Of a stretch of 64,000 nucleotides of DNA, positions 37,236-52,200 are shown in pieces; positions within the stretch are counted from its first letter, which is position 1, and every line of letters begins with the position of its first letter. A model generated the notes under the pieces. The model had not been told where the DNA came from. It saw only the letters and a list, made by a program, of their open reading frames with translations, and did no database searches. The stretch comes from an archaeon (GTDB taxonomy: Archaea; Nanobdellota; Nanobdellia; Woesearchaeales; UBA9642). The stretch lies in contig JAGVGF010000006.1 in the NCBI GenBank assembly GCA_020057295.1, forward strand, positions 160,001-224,000. Direction: 5' to 3'. A program made the position numbers and the translations under genes.

Positions 37236-40200
37236 ATGAACTTAAGGGTTTTAAAGTATTTTATAGTATTTATCCTCTTACTAAGCACGTTTATACTGGT
37301 TAATTCTTCTAATGTTAATGCTACATGTAATGTTTGGTTTAATGGTTGTTATAAGGATGCTAATGCATGTACTGTTGGTAGTGCTTCTTATAATCAATAC
37401 AAATGTAGACCATTTGTTGATGTTGATGCACCAATATGTACACTCGGTAATGATCCTAAATGTATGCCTGGATGTTGTTGTCCTACATCTGCTTCTGCTG
37501 AACTTACTCTATCTGGATTATGTAATGTTACTAGAGGAACATTTAATTCTGGTAGTTATACATTAACTCAATGTCAAAATTTTTGTTCTAGTGTGGTTGC
37601 TGGTAGCAAATATAATATTACAGGAACAGTTACAATAGTTGGTACAGGTCTTGTTTCTGGTGCACATATAACTCTTAATCCTAGTGCTAAAAATAATAAT
37701 ACTATTTCTGGTGGTACTTATTCTTTGTACAATGTTGATCCTGGAACGTACACTGTTACTGCAGAATATAGTGGATGTAATAATAATACTCAAGTAGTAA
37801 TTGTTAACTCTAATGTTGTTTCAGATATCACGATTAAGTGTGATTATTATAGTGTTAGTGGTAATGTGAATTATACTTCTGGCGGAATCTCTGGTGCAGA
37901 AGTTAAATCTAGTGTAGGAAATATTATTAGTGGAACAAATGGAGCGTATACTCTTAGTAATATTTTAAAAAATACTGCATTTGATATTACAGCTAATAAA
38001 ACAATTGGCGTTAATTGTTTCGGAACAATACATATTAATCCCGTACAAAGTAATCTTGTCGGACAAAATATTACTTTAGTATGTAATACTTATACTTTTA
38101 ATGGAACAATTAAGAAACGTGATAATTCTCCATTAAGCGATGCAACAGTAAGTAGTAGAGGAGGACTTACAACAGGCAATGCTGCAGGATTTTATAATTT
38201 TAATTCTGTAACTCCTGGAAGTATTACCGTAACTGCTGTAAAAAATGGAATCGCTGTTAGTGGTGGTATAATGAGTTGTAGTGGAGAGTTATCTTTTAGT
38301 TTAGATAATAATTATATCAACAAAGATTTTATTGTAACTTGTTGTACTGATAAAACTTATAAGAGTCCATGTATAGATGGTCAGATAGAAACTACTGTAG
38401 AAACAACATGTGATGATGGTAGACCTTTAACCAATACAAAGAGTTATGCACCATGTAGCGTTCCTACTGCTTGTGAATGGAATTTAACATGGACTGGATG
38501 TGCTGCTAATGCTGAAACTGAAAGTGCTGTTCCTGGTACTCCTGCAAAAATTATTGCTAATGGTTGTGATCCTAATATAATAACGCCACAGCCAGAATTA
38601 GTACGTGCATGTCCAACACAATGTGGTGATGGAAATTTAAATGTTTCTAGAATATTAAATGGTTTTGTAGTTCCTGAAACTTGTGATTATAATTATAAAA
38701 GTGGAATATATAATGTAAGTGATAGTTGTTTCGCTGCATGGCAAGCTGCCGATATTAGTAATCCTAAAAAAATAAATTTTAAGAGCGATTTAACAACAGA
38801 TGCTACATGTTACATTGGAAACTGCACATGTAAAACACCTCCTCCAAAAATAATTCCTACATGTGTTGACAATCCTGGTAATCTTAGTGACTTAAACATT
38901 TCTCATATTGCAATGCAGCACGCATTTAATGTCAGCTGGAATATAACTAATCAAAGCTGTGCAAATTATGTTTCAAACTTTAGTTTAAGAATTTGTAATA
39001 ATGCCACCGGTGCATGCATGGATGTACTAAATAATTATGTTCCAGTAAATAACAGTATTAGTAATAATAGTAGAGCATATTTACATAATGCTTCTGACAA
39101 TAAACCAATACCTATAGTTGAACTTACTGAATATTGTTATGAATTAACAGTTACGTTTAATGATAGTATTGTTGATCCTGCAAAACGTAAAAGCAGTATG
39201 ATTAAGTGTATTAAGGCTGGTGATGAAAAATGTATGAGCATACATACCGATAGTTGGTGTACAAGCAATAAGAAAACTAGTTGTTATGCAAATAATACAA
39301 TTAATATTGTTCCTACTATCTGCTCAGCTACAGAATTTTGTACAAACGTTAACGGAAATGCAGAATGTGTATATCAGCCAGAGTGCAATTTATGTAATGG
39401 TATCTTCGGAATATTAAGTTATAGTGAATTGAGAATACCTAGTCTAAGGTCAGATGCTAATTTAGGAAAACTAATATGGTGTCCTTCATTAGTTCATCCA
39501 AATCCTAATCCTTCGCAAGATTGGTTTGATTCAAGTAATCTTTATGGTTGTTACTTAGATTATTCTATGTCTACAACTGTTGATCAATCGTATGATTGTG
39601 ATAAAGTACTTTCTTGTTATAATTATTTATCTAAAGATTCTTGTGAAAATGATTATTGTAACAAATTTAATCAGACAGGAGCTAATGGTTGTGGATGGCA
39701 ACCATACAACGGGGATAAATCACTTACTCCTAACATTTTTGGTAAAGGTGTATGTAGACCTAAGAACGAATCCGAACAACAGTGCGGATTATGTAATGAT
39801 AATAATCCTTTAAAAGTTAACAGAATATTTAGTAATTGTACTAAAGACATTTGTGGATTATATGGTAACTGTTTCTTTAACACTAACGGAAACAATTGTA
39901 TGAATGCAAGAGATGTTACTTGTCCAACATATACACTTCAAGACGATTGTATAGGAACGAGCAGGAAAAATGTAAGTACGGTTGTTGATTGGAATCTTGT
40001 AGATGGTTTGTTAAGAAAAGTTAGCGGAACTAATGTAAGGATTAATAGTTCTGATGCTGTTGGCTTGGGCGTATGTTATTGGGATGGTTCATGTAAACGT
40101 AATACAGATAATAAAACAGACATAGTTGATTGTAAACCAATAGCATTAGGAGGAAAACTTACTATATGTACTAAAGATTATATTGCTCCAGTAACTAAAA

Positions 40201-43200
40201 TTACTAATCGTACAGCTTACGGATTATTAATGGACTTGAATGGCGAGATAGAAATACAAGATAATAATGCATGGCCGATAGGAGATTCAAGCATAGACAC
40301 TTCATATATTAATATCGGACCATCAAAGACAACATGGATGTATTACTGCGTGTCAGCATATGGTGTAGGTCCATGTTATCCTGATAATACTATGAATTTT
40401 ACTGATTCTCAACAAAAGTATAAGGTTAATTTAACTAACTTCGGTCTAAGCAATGCAAATAATAGTCAATTGTTTACGATGTATTATTTCTCTGAGGATC
40501 CTGCAAAGAATCTTGAATTAATAAAGAGTTTCACATTTAAGTTAGATACTGAAGGACCAAACGTTAATGTAAACATAGGACTTGATCCTTACAAATTAAG
40601 CAGAAATCAATGGTTAACAAATATTACTGTAGATTTACAAGTTGTTAACAACGAATTATCTCCTCCTGTAGAATGTAAATTTACAATGCATCCCCCAGAG
40701 ACTATTGATAGAGTAATATCATTCAATGGTAAGGAACAGTATAATATTCCTCGAAGAGATAATCCTTCAGATGTAAAAATATATAACATAGCTACTGACA
40801 GATTACATACAGCATATCCTGAATTAGTTAATGGCGCATATACTTGGGAGTTGGATTGTTTTGATGCAGCTAAAAATCCTACACATAAAACAGGCAGCAT
40901 TCAAATTGATGGAGATCTAAGAATTAATAACCCTATTCCAAAAACTAAAACATTTACAACAAGAAGTCTAGCTACTGGCACAGTACACACGTATCCTGTT
41001 AATATTAGTGTTAATACTACTGGTCCTGGATTGTGTAAATACAATGATACCACACCATCATTACCTTTCAATAGTGCTTCAATGATTTCAATGATTAATG
41101 GATCATTTAATGATACATTAAAAACACAACAACACAATGCAACTATAAATATTCCATTAAATGAACCTTATATTAATGGGACAGGATTATATTATTATTA
41201 CATTGCATGTAATGTAAGTATTAATAGCGAGTATAATGTTATTACTGGTGATGATTCTGATAATCCTGCATTTGCAATTGATGATGCAGCACCCGAGACT
41301 AAATTAATGGATGCTGGAAGAATTCCAATAAAAGAGTATAATAGCAGTATTCCAGCAAAAGATGGTTCAGTAGAAGATGTATTGAGGTTAATATTATCCT
41401 GTGATGATAATAATACATTATTGAGAACGTTATCGAATGCTAGCATGGCGTTTGGTTGTAATAATACAGCAAGATACTACTGTATATATAATAGTTCAAA
41501 TGATTGTACAAATACTGCAACATACACACAATTTACTAGTGATATAGTGTTGAACTATAATATACGTGATGGTCCAGATAAAAAAATGTATGGTAATAAT
41601 CCTAGAATATTCTTCTACAGTAAAGATCTTGGCGGTAATGTTGAAGATATAAAGTATGTTCAATTAAAGCTTAAAAATAATGTTTTAGAGAATCCTAATG
41701 TTACATTATACAATCCTTATGATATTAGTAAAGATATTATGAATATTACTGCTAGAGGAATAGATATTAATCAAGCATTAATTGCTATAAAAGTTAATTA
41801 TAGTGATGAAACTAATGTTAGTATAGCATCATTGTCTAAATATTATGAAGTTCATAAAATAGATAGCGATAATGCATATGTTCCATTAAGAGAAGATACT
41901 CCGCTTAATAATACTGGAGAATTCCTATTCTTTAGACAATATTGGCCTAATGGAAAATATAATTTAACTATTAATGCTACTGATGAAGATGGCAATAATA
42001 ATATTAATACTACAATATTCTATGTTGAAGCGCCAGAAAACTTTGTACAATTACAATCACCGGTATTAGGCATAGGAACTACAAGATTCTACAACATTAA
42101 TGTGTCAACATTATATGATAGTACATGCAAATATAGTACAAGTGTATATCCAGCATATATTAATCTTTCAGACTGGTATATACAGTTAGATTATAAATTA
42201 TTTAATATAACTAATGTTTCTGAGAATTTATATCATAATATTGCCAATTATGATGGTGATGCTAGCGGAACGTTATATGTAATATGTAAAACTATTGATA
42301 GTTTAGATGAAAGTAATAAATCGTATGTTATGACATCGTTCCCCGTAGGATATTTAACCACAAATCCTGTTGTTAAGAATATTACATTCATCGGCCAACC
42401 AACATTCGATCCATTTAATAGTACGATAATCAATGCATCATACAATGCAACAATAATTAAAGTTATTACAGACCAAGATACCGTATGTAGAATTAATGGT
42501 ACTAGCACAATATTAAACGTCTATAATATGATGTTAAATGGTTCTGGAGTTTTAGAAAATATTTCAGATTATAATAGTTACAGTACAACACACACATTAT
42601 TGATAAATTACAGTGGAAGACTAGGATCCACAATCAGCGGAGTATTCAATTATACTATTAATTGTACCAACCATGCACAGAGAACAATCGCAAATGATAC
42701 AAAGATATATCTAGATTTGAATTATCCTGCACCATCATTAACATACAGCGTAAATAATTCATATATAACTCGTAAGAGCATTAATGTAACATTCAACGAT
42801 CCTTACATTACAAATTATACTTATAGTATTATCACAAATATTGCAGATCCTTGTACATATCTTACTTCCAAAGCATTTGGAACAATACTAGATGTTAAAG
42901 AAACATCAAAAGTATGTGTCAAAGGAGTAGATGTTTTAGGAAGAGCAGATACTAAAACAATTCCTATAACTATTAGAAACTTTGATAGCGGAAATGTTAC
43001 TGTTATTAGTCCAAGATATTTAAAAGATAAATACATACTTGGTCAAACAGCAACATTTGATTTAGTTATTGATACTGATGTAAATGCTACATGTAAATAT
43101 ACTAAGGCTGCAGACTTCCTTGAGGGCGGAACTAATCCTTTAGATACACTATCATTTGACTACATATATAATGATGCTAGAGCTAAGTTAATGAATACTA

Positions 43201-46200
43201 CGAATTCTACAAGTAATATAACAGGATACAACATAGGATTTGGCGAGAATGTTTTTGAGGATTTAATAATTATATGTAAAGCAGCAAATGTCGATCCTAC
43301 ATCATCGCCTAACATTAGCAGAGCATTCAGTGTTGCGTGGGATAATACATCTTCAAGTATCAACATTAATGCGCCACAATTAATTGATGATATGAATAAT
43401 AGAATTGCGGTATTCGATATTACTACTGATGATAATACTATGTGTTATTTCAACGGAACATTATTCAACGGAGATAAAGACAATATATTATATAATGATT
43501 CAACAAAATATGTAAGTTACAAACAAACTCATAGACACACCACATATTATACTAATCCAGAACATTATGTTGGTAATGATATATTATATACATATAATAT
43601 TACATGTATTAATACTGCGGGATTATCAGGCAAGAACAACACTAATATAAGATTCAAGCCAGCTATTAATATATCAGTCACACGTAATAGTCCAACACTA
43701 TATCTGACAAATACTAGCTTACTCGTTTCTGCAAATACATCTATACAAGCTAATTGTTCATTGTATGTCAACAACACATTCAGTAGATGGATGGCTCCTA
43801 CATCAAATAATAAGACACATAATATTTTAATAGATTTGAAAGATAATGAATATAATCTTAATGTATCATGTTTCGTTAATAGTAATATCAGTATAAGAGG
43901 AAGTACGAATTATACAGTTATTGTCGATACTAGACCTAGCAGAGTAGAATTATCTGCTAATTCTATAATGTGTAATTTATCATTCTTTAATGCTAGTTTG
44001 AATATTATTAGCGCATACGGCATTAAAAATTATACATACGTTGTGTATAACGGTTTGAATAACGAGATTAACAGAACTAAAATAACTTCAAGTATGGGTC
44101 GAACATATAATACATTATTAAATTATACAACACCTACAAATGTTAATGGTGAAGCTTACAGTTTAGAAGTTTCTGCAATATTTAATGACGGCAGCACGGA
44201 TAGTAAGACTGTTAGTGTAACAACATATGATCCTGCTACTGATTCTCATTGTGATTATGTTAATCCCGGATTGACTATTACTAATAAAACAATAAATGCC
44301 AATATGGCAGAAGTAAACATTAGCTGTACTGACGCTAACAGTGGATGTAAAGGATATAGTTATGATATCATACCTGTTGGATGGGATTGCGCTACACGTG
44401 CAGTATATGGAAGTTTACAAACATTCACAAATAATAATGCATCAATAATATTAACAAACGGACAAACAGGAAGATTATGTGTAAAAGTCTATGATAATAG
44501 TGTAAATAATAATTATAATACTACTGATGTTACAATAAATACCAGAGTAGCAATATGTAGTAACGGAGAATTAGACAGGATAGACCCAGCAATAATAGCA
44601 AACTACAATCTAGCAATAGGATCAACAAATGATTACAACGAAGTATGTGATGGAAGTAATCTAAGAATAAACAGTTGTATTAATGTGCCACATAGTCCAG
44701 CATATACTGCAGGAACATTAACATGTAACCTCGGAATATGTAGCACATATAACGAATCACAATGCAGACAAGGAATGCCAATAACACTAACAACACCACT
44801 ATACTTCGGAATAGCAAATAAAAGCATATACAATCTAACGATAACAACACCATCAAACAGCACATGCAGACTAGTAACAACACAACTACCAGATCCACTA
44901 CCAGAAGGAGTAACAATAATAGACATATACAACGAGGCAGCTGACAAAAATTTAACAAACAGAACGAATTACAAAGAAAATTATATAACAATAAATGCAA
45001 CAGAACTAAACGATACATCACTATTCAACGAATATGCTAGAATAATATGTAATAACACAGAACCAAACGCGAATGAAACAGGACAAGCATACAATGAGAT
45101 ACCATTAACGTTAGGATACTACGCTAATGGACCAACATTAAATATTACAGGACCATCTATAATAAGAGATTTCAATTCTAGAATAATTACGCTAACTGTA
45201 GATACTAATCATCCTAGTATCTGTTATATTGAAGGACCATTAACTGGAGGAGCATATGCTAAGGCAAATATACCACCAGGTAAAGCATTAAACAAATATT
45301 ATGATTATGATTATACAAGATTAAGAACATTAAATTATATGGCTGTTGTTAATCCATTAGATTATGATAAATTCAGATATAATATTAGTTGTACTGACAG
45401 AGCAAATCTAACCACAGTTAAAGAATACAACATAACATATAACATTAGTCAAGATATTAATATTACATTTAATATGGCTAATTATTCATTAAATTCTAAT
45501 GTAGAAATTGCTGTTAATACAAGCGTCATAGCTAATTGTACTATATTCATAGATGGATTTAATAACGGAACTTTCGGAGCTAACGGATTAATTCATTCTA
45601 AATATTTCACATTAGGAAGCAAAAATAATCATGAGATAGGAGTACAATGTAATATTCCTAATACCGTAATATATTCTGAAATTAAATACCATAATATTAC
45701 TGTTGATTTACAAAATCCTACAGTTAATATAAGTACTATTAACACAACAACTTGTAATCTTGAATCATTCGATGTAAAAGTCAATGGCTCTGATGATACT
45801 ACGCTTATATCATATAATTATACTGTTACGAGCACAGGAATAAGTTATACTAGCGGCAGCATAAATATTCCAGATACTATAACGTTCAATAATGAAGGTA
45901 ACGGATTAACTGATGGTCAAGTATACAATATTGATGTATATACCATAGATCAATTTGGTAAGAACAGCGATCATAAACAATTAGCGATAACTGCACACAG
46001 TCCAAATAATAGCATCACATGTGATAGTAGAGAACCTACTATAACTATTGGTACTGCAACAATTATCAACAACACATTTGCTACTGTAGAAATTAATTGT
46101 ACAGATTCAAAGGATGTAGCTAACGGAATATCTGCTAGTGGATGTCAATCAAAATATAAATATGCAACAGTTCCAAAAGGAGATTGTTCTGGACTAACAG

Positions 46201-49200
46201 AATCAGATTACAAAGAAGCAGAATTCTCCAACACTGATGAATATTCTAGTACGCGTAAGTTAATATTATATGGAGATGTTGCAAAATTATGTGTACGTGG
46301 AATGGATAGAAGCGGAAAATATGCATATGCTAATAAAACCATATCGTTAAATGCAATTGGATGTGGTGATGGAATAATACAGATAAAACCAACATTATCT
46401 GATTTAGGTTATGTATCAAGTTATGATAATTGGAATCAAGCATATTACGATAGTATAACATACGAATATTGTGATACAAATGGAGCCACAGGAGCAACAA
46501 ATTTAAGCGGCCAATCCTGCCAGAGTCTCGGTGAAGGAGTTGGTGGAACATTATCATGCCCACATACTGGTGCTAACAAATGTAATTTCGATACTAGTAA
46601 TTGTGTCAAGGGAATTAATGTTATATTAATTTCTCCATTACCGTTTGGATTAGGTCAATATAATAATTATAATTTGAGTGTTGGTACAAATAATTACACT
46701 TCAGTATGTAAAATAGGTGAATTAACATATCCTGGAGATACAATTGGTTCTTTCAATTATAATACTATGAATGTAATGAATCAGAGTGTAGTAAATAGTA
46801 GTATTAACAATTATACAATAACTATGAATGGTGGAGAGTATTATTATGCGCATAAATATATCATATGTAACGCATCAATTTCAGGATATACTGGACCTGT
46901 TCTAGGAACATTCGGAATATTAGATGTATACACGGGTTATGAAGGAACATTACCAAACATTTCATTAGGATTAGATAGAACTAAATTATTTGATTGGAAT
47001 GATAGGACAGCATATGTCTACATAAATACTACTGACACTAATGGAATTGATGAAAATACTGTTTGTTATATCAATGATAGTGGAATACTATATAATACAT
47101 ATTTAATACCAAACGGAAATGTAACAGATTATAGTACATATAGTTCTAAAAAAGCAGTGTATGTTGATTTCGGATCTAGATATACTAATCCAGCATATAA
47201 AATGTTTACATATAATGTTACATGTATTAATCGTGCACAGAAAAATACTAGTAAAACAATCAATTTAGAATATAATATTGTTGATTATATCAATATAAAT
47301 AAGACTTTCCCATCAAGCCAATACATTGGCAGTGCAACTACAGATCTTGATATAAAAACAAACATATTAGCTAGATGTACTGTCAATGATGGAACATTAA
47401 AATCAATGGACAGCACATTAAGCACTACACACACTACTAATGTTAACATAGGAAACGGATGGAAGAATGTTACAGTAATATGTACATCACCATTTGCTAG
47501 CAGTAGAACTTTAATTAATACTACAGAATTTAGATTTAGAGGAAGTACTGTTGGTCCTAATGATGTAGCAATCAATGTAACATATAATTCATGTAGTTTG
47601 AATGATGTAAATATAACATTTAATTCTACAGATGTTACTGGAACAGGAATTGATAATTATAACTACAGTATTTCATCAGGAGTCAAAGATTGGACTATTG
47701 TAAATACGGTTGGTGGAAATACACACATAAACATTAAACCATCAGTCTCGTTAGTTTCAGGATCAGAATATACTGTACAAGCAACTGCTGTTGATAAAGC
47801 TGGATTTGTATCATCAGTAACATCAACAACATTTAGAGCATTAAATAACACTGTATGGCAATGTGATAATACTAATCCTTCAATGACAATAACATTACAA
47901 CCTGTAACATCAATATATAGAAAAGATGTTGAAATTAAATGTACTGATAATTACTGTACTACTAGTTTCGATTATGCATTGATTGACCAATCAGGAAGTT
48001 GTAATAGTGCAACATATATAACTAAATCTTATGATACAATAAATACAGATTATAGTACTGGAAAATTAACTATTGATAATACTAGTAAAGTTTGTGTCAA
48101 AGGAAGAGACTTAAAAGGAAATCTTGGAACATACGAGTTGGTAGTTACTGTTACTGATAGAACAAGCGGAATTATTAGAATAATTTATCCAACATTCTTA
48201 GAAGGACAATATATAACATCAAATACTAGCGTTACAAACGTAGTGATAGACACTGGTGTAACTGCTAACTGTAGATTAACAGAAGCAACAGGAACACTAC
48301 CAGCATCAAACAATGCAGTATATGCAGGATCTAAAGATTTCAACGTTACAGGAAGCACATTAAAAATACATAATATAACTAATTTCACATTCACTAACGC
48401 AAACACTCTATACGATTGGCTATTCATATGTAATAGAACTGATGTGCTTAATGCTCCAGAAAGTGAAGCATATATTATGGATGTATACAGTTTAATGTAT
48501 GATGCAACAAAACCAACAATAGATAGCGTTTCAAGTACAAGTGTAACAGACAGATGGGATAAAAATACAGAATTAACAATAATAACTAATGAACCTACAA
48601 TATGTTATAGAGATGGAGTAATAATAAATAATCTAAATACAAGCAAATATAATGACTATAATACCAAGCACATTGAAAAGATATCTTACATATCGTTAGG
48701 AGAAACATCACAAACATTCAATTATAATATAATATGTATGAATAGAGCTAAATTAAACAGCACAAGTTCTGGAATATCAGTGTTATACGATTTAAACGAT
48801 ACACTAGGATTAGTAAAGACTGCGCCAGCAAGCAGTTCAGATGATATATACTTAGCAAGTAATAGTGTAGAATTACAAGTTAGAACTAATTTATTAGCAG
48901 TATGCACTGCAAACAATGGTAGTGTAACAAACGTTATGGAATTACAACAACCATCAACAGATCAATACTATTACTATAATATACAATTATCAAGTCTATC
49001 AAATATTACCAATGTAAATGTAACATGTGTACGAAGTGGAAGTATAGATGAATCACACAAATATATATTACATTCTAACGTTGTTGGTCCACAACAACCA
49101 ACTGTAAGTGTATCACCAAACGTGTGTAGTTTAACTAATGTAGCACTAACATTTAATGTTACAGACGCTACAGGTGTTGGTATAAGAGAATATAATTATA

Positions 49201-52200
49201 CTATACTTAATTCAACTTTAGGAACTGCTAAGGGATGGAGTACAATAACTAGCAATACAGACACAGCAACTTTATCATTAACACCGGATCAAACATACAC
49301 TGTACAATTTATAGCAACAGATAATGCTGGATTCAAATCAAGTTTAGGTGTTGGAACATTCATTCCAAGAGCAGGAACAACATGGTATTGCGATAATACA
49401 TATCCTGGAATTAATGTTAGAATAGTTTCCAATTCCATATTCTACAAAGATGTGAATGTATCATGTAATGATAATTACTGTAATACTACATTTAAATGGG
49501 ACTTTATAAGTCAATCAGGAACATGTAGTGGAACATCAACATATGACAAAACAGGATATTATAATCAATTATTATCATTCAATAATAATAGCGGAAGACT
49601 ATGTGTTAAAGGATACGATTACATAGGCCATAATACATACAATGAAACAAGCGTAGATATTATAAGTAGAAATGCTGGTGTGATGAATATTACTAATCCA
49701 ACATTCTTAGAAACGCAATATATTATAGCACGTTCAAATGTTACCGATATTAATTTAACTACAGATATTAGTTCAGATTGTAAATACATAGCAGGCAATA
49801 GTTCAACTAATGATACTATAGCATATTCTGGTGCAACTCCATTTACAACAACAGGCGGAACAACGAATCATAGTATTAGCGGATTTAGAATATACAGTCA
49901 ACCTAACGAATTTGAAGATTACTACTTTATATGTAAACGTAATGACATAGTTGCTTCAGAAAGTGAAGCATATGCTGTTAAGAAAGATTACAGAATAACT
50001 TACGATGGCACTAATCCTGTTATTAATAATTATAGTGCTACAGATGTTACTGATAACTTGAATAAAAAGACTAATATAAGATTAACAACTAATGAACCTA
50101 CAATATGTTATTACAATAATGGATCGTTGATGAATAATGATAATATCAAGTTATATAGTAGTTATACTAAAGATCATGAGACTATTATTGATTATACATT
50201 GACATTAGATAATAATCCACATCAATTGAATTATACATTATACTGTATGAACTTTGTAGGACTAAACAGTACAAAAGTTAATATTTCTATACGTTATGAA
50301 TTCACAAATGTCTTGAATTTAACAAAAGTTAGACCTGATGGCGTAAATAATCCTGTATATTTATCAATTAATAATACAGAATTACAAGTTAAAGTAAATA
50401 TGGATTCTAGTTGTAAATATGTATTAAATGGTGGTGCTCAGACAAACATAGCATTCAGCGCTACAACAGGCAGCGAGTATTATTATACTACAACATTAAA
50501 TAATTTGGCTAATAGTAATACTATAAGCGTTACATGTACAAGATCAGGAAGTCTGCCTGTGAGTGCAGTATATAATGTCTATGCTAATAATGCCGGTCCT
50601 ACTAATATGAATGTAAGTGCTAATACTATAACAACTTGTGGACAACCAAATGTTACAGTAACATTCAGTGCAACCAATACTGGTGCAGGAATTAAAGGAT
50701 TTAATTATACTATAAGAGATGAAACTGCAGGAACATTTATATCAAATGCATTTACTAATAGTACAACAGTAACAATAGATACTAGCGTATGGATTGCAGG
50801 TCATGTATATAAGATTGAATCTAGAGCTGTAGATAATGCTGATGTATCATCATCAAGTGATTGGATTGCAATAACATCTACAACAAGTAGTGCAACAGTT
50901 TGTGATAATACAAATCCATCATTAACTATTACAGATCAACAAACATCATTCTTAGATGTTATGGATGTAAGAATATCATGTACAGATACGATTAGTGGAT
51001 GCACTAGCAGATTTAATTATTCGTTATTGGATGCCAATACAAATAATTGTACTGGCGCAACTTATGATAATACAGAATTATACACTAACAATTTAACCAT
51101 TACTGATCGTGGAAGATTATGTGTTAAAGGTTATGACAGGAATAATAATTCAGGATATAATACAGAGATTGTTAATATAATGAGCAAGAATAATACCGTA
51201 AATGTTACCACAGATACGCCAATCCCTCCTGTAAATTCAATTTATCCAAACACTTTGACAACCACATCACGATTAATCAACGTAACATTAACTTCAACTC
51301 TCGGAGCAACATGTAGGTATGGTTTAACACCAAACAACAATAATGGATTAGCGAATATGTACACTAATTACATACCGTTCAACACATCAGGAGACACCAC
51401 ACACATAATCAGAGAATTTGATACTCAAGAAAAGTACGAACAACTAGTTGATGTAATATGTTACAATCAGAGTTTAAGTGCTACACCATATTCTAGATTA
51501 ACATTACGAATAGTATATATCTCCAGTACAAGTACGCCTTTAATACAGTTTACAGCACAGCCAAGTATTGTTTATGATTGGAATAATCGTAAAGCTAAAT
51601 TGATTATAACGACTAATCAAGAGACTGTATGTACATTAACTTCAGCTAACGACAACAAAAATAATTTACCAACAGATATTGGTAATTATAGTAATGCATT
51701 GACTTATCAATTAAATCATGAAAAAGATTTAGATTATACAGGATATGATATTAGTATTAGAACATTTACTTACAGTGTTACATGTAAGAATCTTGTACAA
51801 TTATCTTCAAGCAATACAACCGCTATATTATATAATGTCAGCAAGAACATATCTATTGAATTAATCTCTCCATTAAATTATAATTCAAGTACTGTAGATT
51901 TAATGATTAATACTAGTTTAATAGCTAATTGTAATTTATTATTAGATGGAACTGATAAGGGAGCATTAAGTAAAGATAATACCGGATTATTCCACAACAT
52001 CGTTTTAACAGGATTAGTTAACGGAACATATAATACTGAATTTAGATGTATTGTACCAATATTAGGTGTTACTGTATCTAAGAATTATAGTATTACTGTT
52101 AATACAAGTAGACCAAGAACATATTGTGGAGATGGTTTGACACAATTCATGACAGCTAATGATAATGGACAGTATGAAGTATGTGATTGTCCAAATGGTA

